Of a DNA stretch of 64,000 nt, positions 23,864 through 34,451 are shown piece by piece; the stretch's first letter is position 1; every line of letters begins with the position of its first letter. The translations under genes and the position numbers were made by a program. Origin of the DNA: Candidatus Pelagibacter sp. (lineage in GTDB: Bacteria > Pseudomonadota > Alphaproteobacteria > Pelagibacterales > Pelagibacteraceae); the NCBI GenBank assembly GCA_045566195.1, contig JBJLDV010000016.1, positions 18,386-82,385 on the forward strand. The letters are read 5' to 3'. The notes below the pieces were generated by a model that saw nothing but the letters and a program-made list of their open reading frames with translations, had not been told where the DNA came from and did not search any database.

Positions 23864-25380
23864 CTTTTCAATAAAGTTTCAAGTTCGGAGAGGTATTTTT
23901 TGAACTTCATAGACCCTTTTAACGAGTCTTTATAAATAGGTTGTCTCGCTTGGATAAAACTAACAGTTTTAATTGATTTTTTATTTTTATAAAATTCCAA
24001 GCAACTCTCTTGCCAATCTAAATCACAGAAATTTATAGTTTCTTTAATTTTATCTTCTGGATTGTTGATAAGGTCCTCGTAATTTAAATCAAATATGTTT
24101 TTTTCATATTTTTTTTTCCAATAAATCATTAAATTTTTATATAATTTATAAAACTCAGCTATATCTTCAAAAGTATTAGAGAAAAACATACCCCGTTCGA
24201 ATTCATTCTTAAAAATTGACCAACTATTTTCCAATGGGTCCCGTGAACAATGTATAATTTTACATTCTGGAAACAGGAGATTAATTATACCAATCCATCT
24301 AAAATTTAAAGGAGCTTTATCAGTGATAACTTCAGACGCTGATATTTTATTAAGGTAATTCAAATATTCATTTTTTATAAAACTTAATTCCTTAAATATA
24401 TCTTTGTCTTTATTATTAACATTAAAAAACTTTTCAAGATAAAATCCAAGGATACTTATTTCTCCCCCACCTTCAACTTTGGTATGATTTGAAATTATCT
24501 GCTCTGCCATAGATGTACCAGTTCTTGGCATACCTAAAATAAATATAATTTTTTTTGAGTCTTTACCTGATAGATCTTTTATTGATTGGTTTTTATCATG
24601 GAACGAAATTATTTTTTCAAATAAATTTTTGTCATTTTCAACTGAATAATTTGTAATTTCTTTTTTTAGTTCATTTCCTTTTTTTAGAAAATTAAATGCT
24701 TTATCGCAATCATTGATATCTTCATAAACCTTGCCTAGAGCAAAATATAAATCTTTATAACCTGTTTTATTTAATTCTTTATTAATTTTATTTTCCATCT
24801 TTTTAATATGACTGTTAGAGGAGTCGTATTTTTCAAGCATGGATAAACCAAAGTCTGCTCTTGTAAAGTTCTCATTAATTTGAAGTGTTTTATAATAAAA
24901 TTCTTTTGCCTCTTTTATTTTTCCAATTGACTGAAGTAGCGTTGCTAGATTGTAATTTGTCTCAATAATATTATCATCTATTTCTAATGCCTTTCGAAAA
25001 AAAGACTGAGCTTCATCAAATTTGTTGAGTTCTACATATAAATTCCCCAAATTATTTAGTGTGTTTATAAATTTTGGATTTAATTTATTAGCCTTGGAAA
25101 GACATTCTTCAGCTTTATCGAAATTTTTAATTTTAAGATAACCTAAACCTAAATTATTCCAAAAATTAAAATTTTTATTACCTTTCTTTAAAGCTTCCTC
25201 TAAGATTAATATTGAATTTTTAAATTGACCCTTAGCTTGATAAGATAGTGATAATAAGTTTATAAATACCTCTTGATTTGGATATTTCTTTGCCATTAAG
25301 GTAGATTCAAATATAACCTCATCAAATTTTCCAAGGTTAAATTTTCTCAATAAAATTTGAAATTTTTCGTTTATGTCCAT
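23860..25380 (-). CDS. TPR-repeat-containing sulfotransferase family protein
   Basis: N-terminal TPRs (NNLGLGY, NNLGNLY, YNLATLL), PAPS motif FILGMPRTGTS, DKAPLNF, RDPLENSWS. Confidence 0.88.
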   Translation of the reverse strand: MDINEKFQILLRKFNLGKFDEVIFESTLMAKKYPNQEVFINLLSLSYQAKGQFKNSILILEEALKKGNKNFNFWNNLGLGYLKIKNFDKAEECLSKANKLNPKFINTLNNLGNLYVELNKFDEAQSFFRKALEIDDNIIETNYNLATLLQSIGKIKEAKEFYYKTLQINENFTRADFGLSMLEKYDSSNSHIKKMENKINKELNKTGYKDLYFALGKVYEDINDCDKAFNFLKKGNELKKEITNYSVENDKNLFEKIISFHDKNQSIKDLSGKDSKKIIFILGMPRTGTSMAEQIISNHTKVEGGGEISILGFYLEKFFNVNNKDKDIFKELSFIKNEYLNYLNKISASEVITDKAPLNFRWIGIINLLFPECKIIHCSRDPLENSWSIFKNEFERGMFFSNTFEDIAEFYKLYKNLMIYWKKKYEKNIFDLNYEDLINNPEDKIKETINFCDLDWQESCLEFYKNKKSIKTVSFIQARQPIYKDSLKGSMKFKKYLSELETLLKS

Positions 25381-26130
25381 TTAAATATTTGTAACTTTTT
25401 TTACTTCAAGTTTTGCAGTTTTGTATATTCTTTCAATTGTTTTTACAGTATTCATTATTATCACTTTCTTCATTGGCCCATAAGCATGAATTAATTTTTT
25501 TGAGTTTATACATACTGCTACATGGCCTTTCCAATAAATAATATTACCTTTTTTAAAATTTTTTGAAATCTTTTTACCTTTCTCAATTCTTATTTGATCT
25601 ATTGTATCCCTTGGAAAATATTTATTATTATATAAATAATATAATTGAATTAAAGCAGAACAATCTATTCCTTTATATGTTCTGCCACCCCAAACATACT
25701 TAATTTTATTAAATTTTTTAAATATTTTAATGAAGTTTGTTTCTTTATGATTAATAGGTTTTAAATCTTTTTTTTTAACCCATTTGTTCTTCTGAAATTC
25801 AACAAAATTGTTTTTAGTATTATTCAAACTTATTCTACTATTAAAAGGCAAAAATAATTTTGTACCAACAAATCTTTTTGTTTTCTTATACTTATAAATT
25901 CTAGTTTTCAGGCTAAAACATTTGTGAGTAGGATTTAATTTTTCTAATAATTTATTATTTTTTATAAACCCCTTATAATTATCTGAAATTGATTTTATCT
26001 TTATCCAGTTTTTTTTTTTAAGTATTATTTTAAATTTTTCTCCAAATAAAATTTGTGAGGTAATTTCAGACTTAGTTGAAGGCTTTTTATAAATGTTTTT
26101 AAATAAAGCCGTTGAATAAAATTTAGTCAT
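25381..26130 (-). CDS. SH3b + NlpC/P60 peptidoglycan peptidase (YkfC-like), no signal peptide
   Basis: YVWGGR...GIDCSAL, GHVA, LIHA catalytic Cys-His-His; SQILFGE SH3-like N-terminus. Confidence 0.88.
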   Translation of the reverse strand: MTKFYSTALFKNIYKKPSTKSEITSQILFGEKFKIILKKKNWIKIKSISDNYKGFIKNNKLLEKLNPTHKCFSLKTRIYKYKKTKRFVGTKLFLPFNSRISLNNTKNNFVEFQKNKWVKKKDLKPINHKETNFIKIFKKFNKIKYVWGGRTYKGIDCSALIQLYYLYNNKYFPRDTIDQIRIEKGKKISKNFKKGNIIYWKGHVAVCINSKKLIHAYGPMKKVIIMNTVKTIERIYKTAKLEVKKVTNI

Positions 26131-27499
26131 TTAAATTTATTTTATTTTTAATTCTATATAATAATATTAATGATGGTATTACCATCAAAGCAGTTATAAT
26201 GAAAAAAATACCCCAGTCCCCGTTCAGCCAGTCTACTAAAGCACCCGAGGAGGATGCAAGGCTAGTTCTTCCAGCAGTGCCTATTGAGGCCAAAAGAGCA
26301 TATTGTGTAGCTGTATAGTTCCGATCAACAAGAAGAGATATAAATGCAACAAAGGCGACAGTAGCAAATGCAGCAGCTATATCATCAAGAATTACAGCAA
26401 TTGCAAAAAGAAAATAAGATTTATCACTCCAAGCAAGAATTGTAAAAAGCAAATTAGTTGATGCCATTAATATTCCAGCTAAAAACATTGATTTTATTAT
26501 TCCAGATCTAATTGCAAATAAACCACCTAAGAGAGTGAAAATTACAGTAGTAAACCATCCGAAAGTTTTAGAATACAAGGCAATGTCTGATTTTGAAAAA
26601 CCTATTTCCTTATAAAAAATTACAGACATTCTGCCTAAGAAAGCCTCTCCAATTTTAAATAAAAAGATAAAACTTATGATTCCAATTGCAATTTTAAAAC
26701 CATTTTTTTTAAAAAAATTTATTAAAGGCCCAGAAATAGTTGATGATAGCCAAGCTGTGATTTTAATTAAAAAATTATCTATTTTTAATTTTTTGATTAT
26801 TTTTTTATCTAATTTACTTTGATTGTTTTTTTTATTTTTAAAGTCTTTCTCTTTAATAAAAAGAATACCAATATTAAATAATACGATTATACAACCTAAA
26901 CCCAAGAAGGCTACTTGCCAGTAGTTTTCAATACCTAACTTTTCAAAATATTCTGCAAGATTTAATGCCACAACCCCACCAAGCTTAAATCCAGACCACC
27001 ATCCAACAACTGCAACAGCAGCTCCTGCAGCCATTAGTTCTTTTTCGTTTTTTGAAATTTGTTCTATTCTTAAAGCATCAACAGTTATGTCTTGTGTTGA
27101 CGAAGCTATAGCAATTATTAAGCCTATACCTATTACTAAAGCCAAGTTATTTGTTGGACTAATTAAACTCCATGAAAATAAACAAATTAAGATTAAAGTT
27201 TGCATTAAAAATATCCATGATTTCCTATGTCCAATTTTTTTTGTTAAAAAAGGTATATATATACGATCAATTAATGGCGCCCATAAATAATTAAAAGCAT
27301 AAACTGCAAAAATTAAACCAGCCCATCCAATTGTGGTTCTAGACAAGCCGTCCTCTTTAAGCCATAAACTAAGACTACTTCCAATAATTACCCATGGAAA
27401 TCCACTTATTGCTCCTAGCAGTAAGATTTTGATCATTCTTTTTTCAAAATAATATTTAAAAAGATCAGAAAATTTTTTATTTTTTTTAATAGTAATCAT
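26123..27499 (-). CDS. ampG: AmpG-family muropeptide MFS permease
   Basis: LLGAISGFP, LWAPLIDR, GHRKSW, SSTQDITVDALRIE, ATQYALL; ATG 27499 overlaps the trkH stop (ATGA). Confidence 0.9.
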   Translation of the reverse strand: MITIKKNKKFSDLFKYYFEKRMIKILLLGAISGFPWVIIGSSLSLWLKEDGLSRTTIGWAGLIFAVYAFNYLWAPLIDRIYIPFLTKKIGHRKSWIFLMQTLILICLFSWSLISPTNNLALVIGIGLIIAIASSTQDITVDALRIEQISKNEKELMAAGAAVAVVGWWSGFKLGGVVALNLAEYFEKLGIENYWQVAFLGLGCIIVLFNIGILFIKEKDFKNKKNNQSKLDKKIIKKLKIDNFLIKITAWLSSTISGPLINFFKKNGFKIAIGIISFIFLFKIGEAFLGRMSVIFYKEIGFSKSDIALYSKTFGWFTTVIFTLLGGLFAIRSGIIKSMFLAGILMASTNLLFTILAWSDKSYFLFAIAVILDDIAAAFATVAFVAFISLLVDRNYTATQYALLASIGTAGRTSLASSSGALVDWLNGDWGIFFIITALMVIPSLILLYRIKNKINLND

Positions 27500-28941
27500 T
27501 TTCTCCAAAAAGAAGGAAGGAATAGAATTAAAATTGTAAATAACTCTAGCCTACCTAAAATCATTCCTATGCTTAATATCCATTTTGAAATATCTGGAAT
27601 TTTTGAAAAATTTCCGTTTGAACCAATTTCAGAACCTAAGCCTGGACCCACATTTGATATTGATGTTGCTGCTCCAGAAATTGAGGTAATAAAATCTAGA
27701 CCAGTTATAGATAATAGTGCAGTTAAAATAAAAAAAATTATTATATACAAAAAAATAAAAGAAATAATTGAAGCTAAAAATTTATCATTTACTGTATTAT
27801 TTTCATATTTAATTACAAATATTCCTCTTGGATAAATAAATCTTTTTAGTTGGTTGATTACAAATTTATAAAGTATTTGTACTCTAAAAATTTTAATACC
27901 ACAGGTAGTAGATCCTGCACATCCACCAATAAACATTAAAATTAAAAAATAAAAAAGTGGAAAACTTCCCCACTTATCATATTCACCTGAAATATATCCT
28001 GTACCTGTCAATATTGATACAATATTAAATATAATTGTTCTAAAATCTAAAAATATAAGTTTACCGTTTTTTAAGAATAAATATAAAAATAAAATTAAAA
28101 TAGATATTAAAATTAGCTTTATAAAAGTTTTAATTTGTGCATCATTAAAAAATATTTTTCGATTTCCATTAATAAACTTTACGTAAGCTATAAATGGTAA
28201 ACTGCCCAATAGTATAAAAATAATAGATACAAATTCGATTTTAGCACTATTAAAATATCCAATTGATTGATTATAATTAGAAAAACCACCAGTTGCTATA
28301 GTTGTCATTGAATGAGTAATACTATCAAAAATATTCATTCCAAAAAATTTGTATGAAAAACAACACGCAAAAGTAAGTCCTAAATAAATCAAAATTAATT
28401 TAATAGAAATTTCTTTTGATGATGGCAGAACTTCATTAGAGGAGTCTGTGCTTAAAACTTTAAATAGCAACATTCCACCAACATTCATCAATGGCATAAG
28501 CGTTATTGCCATCACAATAATACCAATTCCACCAAGCCATTGCAGTAATGCCCTCCACAATAAAATACTTTTAGGGGCGTTCTCAAGATTTGCGATTATT
28601 GTTGATCCTGTTGTCGTTATACCTGACATACTTTCAAAGAATGAGTCAGTAAAAGATAAATTTAAACTAGAAAAGAAGATTGGTAGAGATCCAAAAATAG
28701 CAACTGTTATCCATGAAAGTGAGGTTAGTAAAAAGGCTTGTTGTAGGTTAAGTTTTTTATCATAATCTAAATTTGTTATTATAAAAAGAGCACCAAATAT
28801 TATTGTAATTATTAGAGCTAGGACAAAAGAAGAGTCAAATTCACCGTATACAAACTGAGAAGATATTGGAATCAACATAAATATTCCAAGTATTATCTGC
28901 AAAACACCTAATGTGAAAAAAACTGTTTTATAATTGGACAT
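27496..28941 (-). CDS. trkH: Trk potassium uptake membrane protein
   Basis: FFESMSGITTTG, QWLGGIG, TIATGGFS, GGCAGST, SNVGPGLG, LGRLE. Confidence 0.95.
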   Translation of the reverse strand: MSNYKTVFFTLGVLQIILGIFMLIPISSQFVYGEFDSSFVLALIITIIFGALFIITNLDYDKKLNLQQAFLLTSLSWITVAIFGSLPIFFSSLNLSFTDSFFESMSGITTTGSTIIANLENAPKSILLWRALLQWLGGIGIIVMAITLMPLMNVGGMLLFKVLSTDSSNEVLPSSKEISIKLILIYLGLTFACCFSYKFFGMNIFDSITHSMTTIATGGFSNYNQSIGYFNSAKIEFVSIIFILLGSLPFIAYVKFINGNRKIFFNDAQIKTFIKLILISILILFLYLFLKNGKLIFLDFRTIIFNIVSILTGTGYISGEYDKWGSFPLFYFLILMFIGGCAGSTTCGIKIFRVQILYKFVINQLKRFIYPRGIFVIKYENNTVNDKFLASIISFIFLYIIIFFILTALLSITGLDFITSISGAATSISNVGPGLGSEIGSNGNFSKIPDISKWILSIGMILGRLELFTILILFLPSFWRK

Positions 28942-29023
28942 TTTGTTTGAACATTATTTTATGGTAAATAAATTTCAACATTATAAGAATTAATAAAACT
29001 ACTAAATATATGAATTTTTAAGA

Positions 29024-30592
29024 TTGTTTGTGATAGATAAAGAAAATTTAGATAAAACTGCTGCATGGCCTTTTATTGAGGCAAAAAAACTTTTAAAAGA
29101 AAGAAAATCCTATATTGAGAAAAAAGGTAAAATTGTTTTACAAACTGGTTATGGACCTAGTGGCCTTCCACATATTGGTACTTTTGGCGAAGTTGCTAGA
29201 ACTTCAATGGTCGTGAATGCTCTTGATAAAATTATAGATATTCCAAAAGAAATCATAACTTTTTCTGACGATATGGATGGCCTGAGAAAAGTACCTGACA
29301 ATATACCGAATACAAAAATTTTAGAGGATAATCTTCACAAGCCTTTAACAGTTGTTCCAGATCCTTTTAATAAATTTAATAGTTTTGGTGAGCATAACAA
29401 TGAATTATTAAAAAAATTTTTAAATGAGTTTAATTTTAAATATACATTTAAAAGCTCAACAGAGCTTTATAAGACTGGAAAATTTAATGATACTTTAAAA
29501 ATAATACTAGAAAACTATGAAGGTATAATGGCAATTATTCTACCAACATTAGGTAAAGAAAGGCAAAAAACTTATTCACCATTTTTACCAATTTGTCCTG
29601 AAACTAAAAAAGTATTGGAAATACCTGTAATTGAAATTGATGAAAAAAACTCAAAAATTATTTTTGATAATAATGGTAAAAAATTAGAACAGAGTATTTT
29701 AAATGGCAATTGTAAACTACAATGGAAAGTTGATTGGGCTATGAGATGGTATGCTTTAGATGTTGATTTTGAAATGTATGGTAAAGATTTAATAGAAAGT
29801 GCAATTTTGTCATCTAAAATAATAAAGTTAATTGGAAAAAATAATCCAAGTGGTTTTGCATATGAGCTTTTTTTAGATGAAAAAGGAGAAAAAATATCTA
29901 AGTCAAAGGGGAATGGTATTACAATTGATCAGTGGTTAGAATACGCATCACCTGAAAGTTTATCTTTATTTATGTATCAAAATCCAAAAAGAGCTAAAAA
30001 GCTTTATAAAGAAATCGTTCCAAAAGCAGTTGATGAGTATCTTGATTTTATAGAAAAAGGTAAAAAACAAAATGAACTACAAAAATTAATGAATCCTGTT
30101 TGGCATGTGCATAATGGCAAGATTCCAGACGAGAATCACATTATGACTTTTTCGATGCTTTTAAATTTAGTCGAAACAAGTAATGCAGATAGTAAGGAGC
30201 TATTATGGAAATTTGTTAAAAAATATAAACCCAATTTAGTAGAAAAAGAATTTCCAATATTTGACAAACTTATAGAGTATGCAATTAAGTATTACAAAGA
30301 TGTTATAAAATTAAATAAAAAATATAAAACTCCTAATGATAAAGAGAAAAATGCATTGAAATCCCTAATAAAAGCGTTGGATAGTTGTAATGATAAAATG
30401 ACACCGGAGGACATACAAACAAAAATATTTTCTGTTGGAAAAGAAAATGGTTATAAAGATAATCTTAGAGATTGGTTTAAACTAATTTACGAAGTAGTTT
30501 TTGGTGATGAAAACGGTCCTAGAATAGGTTTTTTTATTAGTTTTTTTGGTGTTACTGAAATGCAAAATTTAATAAAAGAAAAGATTAAATAA
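29024..30592 (+). CDS. lysS: Class I lysyl-tRNA synthetase (TTG start, or GTG at 29030)
   Basis: GPSGLPHIGT (HIGH-like), KLQWKVDW, KISKSKGN, GPRIG. Confidence 0.96.
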   Translation: MFVIDKENLDKTAAWPFIEAKKLLKERKSYIEKKGKIVLQTGYGPSGLPHIGTFGEVARTSMVVNALDKIIDIPKEIITFSDDMDGLRKVPDNIPNTKILEDNLHKPLTVVPDPFNKFNSFGEHNNELLKKFLNEFNFKYTFKSSTELYKTGKFNDTLKIILENYEGIMAIILPTLGKERQKTYSPFLPICPETKKVLEIPVIEIDEKNSKIIFDNNGKKLEQSILNGNCKLQWKVDWAMRWYALDVDFEMYGKDLIESAILSSKIIKLIGKNNPSGFAYELFLDEKGEKISKSKGNGITIDQWLEYASPESLSLFMYQNPKRAKKLYKEIVPKAVDEYLDFIEKGKKQNELQKLMNPVWHVHNGKIPDENHIMTFSMLLNLVETSNADSKELLWKFVKKYKPNLVEKEFPIFDKLIEYAIKYYKDVIKLNKKYKTPNDKEKNALKSLIKALDSCNDKMTPEDIQTKIFSVGKENGYKDNLRDWFKLIYEVVFGDENGPRIGFFISFFGVTEMQNLIKEKIK

Positions 30593-31632
30593 TGTTTGGA
30601 AAAATAAGACCATTAATATTTAAATTTGATCCTGAAACTGCGCATAATTTAGCAATTCAAGCATTAAAGATTAATTTAATGCCGCGTAAGCAAAAGTTTA
30701 ACTATAAAAATATTGAAACAGAAATATTTGGAAAAAAAATTCCTAATCCTATAGGTCTTGCTGCGGGCTTTGACAAGGATGCAGAGGTTTATAATTCAGT
30801 TTTTAGACTTGGATTTGGGTTTGTTGAAGTAGGAACTATTACTCCCTTAAAACAGCATGGCAATCCAAAGCCTAGAGTCTTTAGATTAGAGGAGGATGAA
30901 GCGTTAATAAATAGATTAGGTTTTAATAATTCTGGTGCAGATTTGATTCAATCAAGAATTAGGCTTAATCCTCCAAAGGGTTTATTTGGTATAAACATTG
31001 GCCCAAATAAAGATACTAAAAATAGGGTAGAGGATTATCTAATAGGTATAAGAAAATTCTATGATCTTGCTGATTATTTGACCATAAATATTTCCTCACC
31101 CAATACTGAAAATTTGAGAAGTTTTCATAATGAAAATGAATTAAATGAGCTATTAGATGCAATTAAAAAAGAAAAAGAAAATTTAAAGACCTCAATTCCA
31201 ACTGTTTTAAAAATATCGCCAGATATCAATGATAAAGAAATAGAAAAAATATCTAGTCTTATTTTGAAATATAGTATTCCCTCAATAATAATTTCAAACA
31301 CCAGTGACAGAACAAGAGATATTCTAAAAAATATAAATAAGCTAGAGAAAGGTGGTTTATCTGGAAAACCTATAGAACAGAAATCTAATATAATAATAAA
31401 TAAATTTTTTAAGAATTTGAAAAACAAAGTTAAAATAATAGGAGTGGGTGGAGTAGATTCTGCTGAGAGCGCTTATAAAAAAATATTAAATGGTGCTTCT
31501 TTAATTCAGTTATATACTGGCATGGTATATAAAGGCCCTAGTATAGCTAACAAAATAAGTGAAGATTTAAATAACTTACTTAAAAAACAGGGTGTAACAA
31601 ATATTTCTGAAATAGTTGGTACTAAAAAATAA
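30592..31632 (+). CDS. pyrD: Quinone-dependent dihydroorotate dehydrogenase
   Basis: [35 protein letters not shown]. Confidence 0.96.
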   Translation: MFGKIRPLIFKFDPETAHNLAIQALKINLMPRKQKFNYKNIETEIFGKKIPNPIGLAAGFDKDAEVYNSVFRLGFGFVEVGTITPLKQHGNPKPRVFRLEEDEALINRLGFNNSGADLIQSRIRLNPPKGLFGINIGPNKDTKNRVEDYLIGIRKFYDLADYLTINISSPNTENLRSFHNENELNELLDAIKKEKENLKTSIPTVLKISPDINDKEIEKISSLILKYSIPSIIISNTSDRTRDILKNINKLEKGGLSGKPIEQKSNIIINKFFKNLKNKVKIIGVGGVDSAESAYKKILNGASLIQLYTGMVYKGPSIANKISEDLNNLLKKQGVTNISEIVGTKK

Positions 31633-31634
31633 TC

Positions 31635-31663
31635 TTGACTGGAAACTTAGTAAAGCCTATACA
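31635..31663 (+). promoter_or_regulatory. Putative sigma70 promoter of rpmB-yhhQ
   Basis: TTGACT-17 nt-TATACA, ending 10 nt before the ATG. Confidence 0.6.
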
Positions 31664-31673
31664 GTCATATTTT

Positions 31674-31955
31674 ATGTCTAAGAAATGTGAACTAACTGGT
31701 AAAATACCTTTGAAAGGCCACAAAGTGAGTCACGCCAATAATAAGACTAAAAGAAGATTTCTTCCAAATTTAAAAAAAGTAAGATTTAAAAGTGAGCTTT
31801 TAAAAAAAAGTATAAAGTTAACTGTATCTAATGCTGGAGTTAGATCAGTAGATAAAAAAGGTAGCTTTGATCAGTTTGTAAAATCAGCTAAAATTAGAGA
31901 TCTTTCTCCAAGACTTAAAAAAATTAAAAAAAGTTTACTAAGTAAATCAGCTTAA
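31674..31955 (+). CDS. rpmB: 50S ribosomal protein L28
   Basis: [10 protein letters not shown]...[19 protein letters not shown]; true start is ATG 31674. Confidence 0.97.
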   Translation: MSKKCELTGKIPLKGHKVSHANNKTKRRFLPNLKKVRFKSELLKKSIKLTVSNAGVRSVDKKGSFDQFVKSAKIRDLSPRLKKIKKSLLSKSA

Positions 31956-31957
31956 CC

Positions 31958-32506
31958 ATGAAAAGAATATTCATCATCCTATCTTTTTTGATGGGGTTTA
32001 TAGTCTTAGCATCAAATTATTTAGTTCAATTTCCAGTTAAATATTATGGGTTACAGGAAATTTTAACTTATGGAGCATTCACATATCCAATAGCTTTTTT
32101 AATTACTGATCTTGCAAATAGATCTTTTGGCAAACTAGTAGCTAGAAATATAGTGTATATTGGTTTTGGGATAGGTATAAGTTTTACATTATTATTTTCC
32201 ACAAATTTTACTGATTTAATTTCAATTAGAATTGCAATTGGTTCAGGTACAGCTTTTTTAACAGCTCAATTGTTAGATGTTCAGGTCTTCGACAAACTAA
32301 GGGACAGAAAATGGTTTGTTGCACCTCTTACATCTTCATTTATTGGATCTACCGTTGATACCTTTTTATTCTTTTCAATATCTTTTTATGCAACAGGAAT
32401 ACCTTGGATTACTTTGTCATTAGGAGACTTAGCAGTAAAAATACTGGTAGCTTTAATTATGCTAATTCCTTTTAGACTGCTTTTAGGAACTTTAAAGCCA
32501 GCTTAA
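31958..32506 (+). CDS. yhhQ: Queuosine precursor transporter (VUT/YhhQ family)
   Basis: ASNYLVQ, TYGAFTYPIAFLITDL, RIAIGS...AQLLD, GSTVDTFLFFSISF. Confidence 0.88.
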   Translation: MKRIFIILSFLMGFIVLASNYLVQFPVKYYGLQEILTYGAFTYPIAFLITDLANRSFGKLVARNIVYIGFGIGISFTLLFSTNFTDLISIRIAIGSGTAFLTAQLLDVQVFDKLRDRKWFVAPLTSSFIGSTVDTFLFFSISFYATGIPWITLSLGDLAVKILVALIMLIPFRLLLGTLKPA

Positions 32507-32508
32507 AA

Positions 32509-33573
32509 TTAATTTTTTGGCTCTTGTTGTGTTAGGCAGTGAATTGCTCCAAACCCCCAAATAAGATCTCTACAATTAATTGGAACAATTTTTCTTTTTT
32601 TAAAAAATTTCTTAAAAATTAGTATGACCTTATCATCATTTTTATCTTTAAAAATTGGCAATAGAACAATTTTATTTGCTATGTAAAAATTAAGATAACT
32701 AGCAGGCACTCTTATTTTTTTAATAAACATAGGTTTTGGCATTGGAATTTTAATTATTTTAAATTTTTTTCCAGAGACATTTTTTGATTTTTTTAAAATA
32801 CTTAGGTTTTCCCTAAGGTTTTTATAGTTTGGATCTTTTTTATTTTTTTCTATTGCAGTCATTATAACATCTTTTGAAACAAATCTTGATATATCATCTA
32901 CATGACCATGAGTATCATCGCCTTTAATTCCTTTATTAAGCCAAATAAAATTTTTTATATTAAGGTATGTTTTTATAGTATTTTCAAAAACCTTTTTTGT
33001 AACACCTGGATTTCTATTCTGAACCTTACTTAGAAGACATTCCCTGGTTAAAAGAATGGTACCATTTCCATCAACATCTATTGCACCACCTTCCAAGACT
33101 ATTTTTTTATATTTTTTTTGGATTTTTACTTCGGGTTCAATTTTTTTAACTTTTAAAATTTTTGCTATTTTATCATTAATTTTGTTATCCTTTTTAAAAT
33201 CCCTATATTTTGCCCAAGCATTAAATTTAAAATTAAGAAAAACTTTCTTTTTTTTGTTTATGAGAAATATAGGTCCAGTGTCTCTTAACCAGATCCTGTC
33301 AGTTGAGATTATATGAAATGTTATATTTTTTAATTTATATTTAAATTTCTTTAAAATTTTTTTAATTTTTATTTTATCTTTCCTCTTATTAATTAATAGA
33401 TTAACTTTCTGATTTAGAGATAAATTAGTTATAATTTCTGCAATAGTCTTTGGAATGTTTTTAAACATTCCTGGCCAATCTTTTTTATTATAGGGCCAAG
33501 CAATCCACACTGATTTTTGAGGTTCCCACTCGCCCGGCATTCTAAAGTTTTTTAAATTTAAATCTTTAGTCAT
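32509..33573 (-). CDS. aguA: Agmatine deiminase family protein
   Basis: RMPGEWEPQ, WLRDTGP, FNAW, LEGGAIDVDG, DDTHGHVD, ASYLNFY, GAIHCLTQQEP. Confidence 0.93.
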   Translation of the reverse strand: MTKDLNLKNFRMPGEWEPQKSVWIAWPYNKKDWPGMFKNIPKTIAEIITNLSLNQKVNLLINKRKDKIKIKKILKKFKYKLKNITFHIISTDRIWLRDTGPIFLINKKKKVFLNFKFNAWAKYRDFKKDNKINDKIAKILKVKKIEPEVKIQKKYKKIVLEGGAIDVDGNGTILLTRECLLSKVQNRNPGVTKKVFENTIKTYLNIKNFIWLNKGIKGDDTHGHVDDISRFVSKDVIMTAIEKNKKDPNYKNLRENLSILKKSKNVSGKKFKIIKIPMPKPMFIKKIRVPASYLNFYIANKIVLLPIFKDKNDDKVILIFKKFFKKRKIVPINCRDLIWGFGAIHCLTQQEPKN

Positions 33574-34447
33574 CCTGTGGATTTTTAAGCAATCCTTTAT
33601 AATAATCTATTCTTCTATCTCTAAAAAAAGGCCAATGAGTTCTTACAGTTTCAATTTTTTTTAAATCAATATTAGCAATTAATATTTGCTCATTATTAGA
33701 TTTTGATTGTGCAATTATATTGCCACTAGGATCAATTAAGATTGAATTACCCCAAAATTGAATTTTTCTTCCACTAATTTTTTCAGTTCCAGTACGGTTA
33801 ATTGCAGCTATATAAACACCATTAGCAATTGCATGGGATCTTTGCATTGTAACCCAAGCATTTAACTGGGATTTTCCAAATTTGTTTTTTTCTTTCGGGT
33901 GCCATCCTATTGCGGTCGGATAAAAAATAATCTCAGCACCTTTTAATGCTGTTAATCTAGCTGCTTCGGGGAACCATTGATCCCAACAAATCAAAGAGCC
34001 TATTTTACCATATTTAGTTTTAGTAGATTTAAATCCTAAATCTCCCTGTGTAAAATAAAATTTTTCATAATAACCCGGATCATCTGGAATATGCATTTTT
34101 CTATATTTTGTAACTATTTTACCTTTTTCATTAATTACAATACTGGTATTATGATAAAAACCAGAAGTTTTTTTTTCAAAAAGAGAGATCATTAATATAA
34201 CAGAAAGTTTTTTTGCAAGACCACAGTATATATCGCTAATACGTCCTGGAATTTTTTCTGCTAGTTTAAATTTAGAATGACTTTCAGTTTGGCAAAAATA
34301 AGGTGAAAGAAATAATTCTGGCAAGCAAATTATCTTTGCTTTACGTTTTGCAGCTTGTTCAATTTTTTTTATTGAATTTTTAATATTTTTTTCTTGGTTA
34401 TCCGAAACTTTCACTTGGATCAAACCAATTTTGGTTTTTTTACTCAT
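33566..34447 (-). CDS. aguB: N-carbamoylputrescine amidase-like carbon-nitrogen hydrolase
   Basis: Nitrilase E-K-C triad: LPELF, YRKMHIPDDPGYYEKFYF, ICWDQWFPE; YPTAIG; start at ATG 34447 (MSKKTKIG). Confidence 0.9.
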   Translation of the reverse strand: MSKKTKIGLIQVKVSDNQEKNIKNSIKKIEQAAKRKAKIICLPELFLSPYFCQTESHSKFKLAEKIPGRISDIYCGLAKKLSVILMISLFEKKTSGFYHNTSIVINEKGKIVTKYRKMHIPDDPGYYEKFYFTQGDLGFKSTKTKYGKIGSLICWDQWFPEAARLTALKGAEIIFYPTAIGWHPKEKNKFGKSQLNAWVTMQRSHAIANGVYIAAINRTGTEKISGRKIQFWGNSILIDPSGNIIAQSKSNNEQILIANIDLKKIETVRTHWPFFRDRRIDYYKGLLKNPQDD

Positions 34448-34451
34448 ATAA

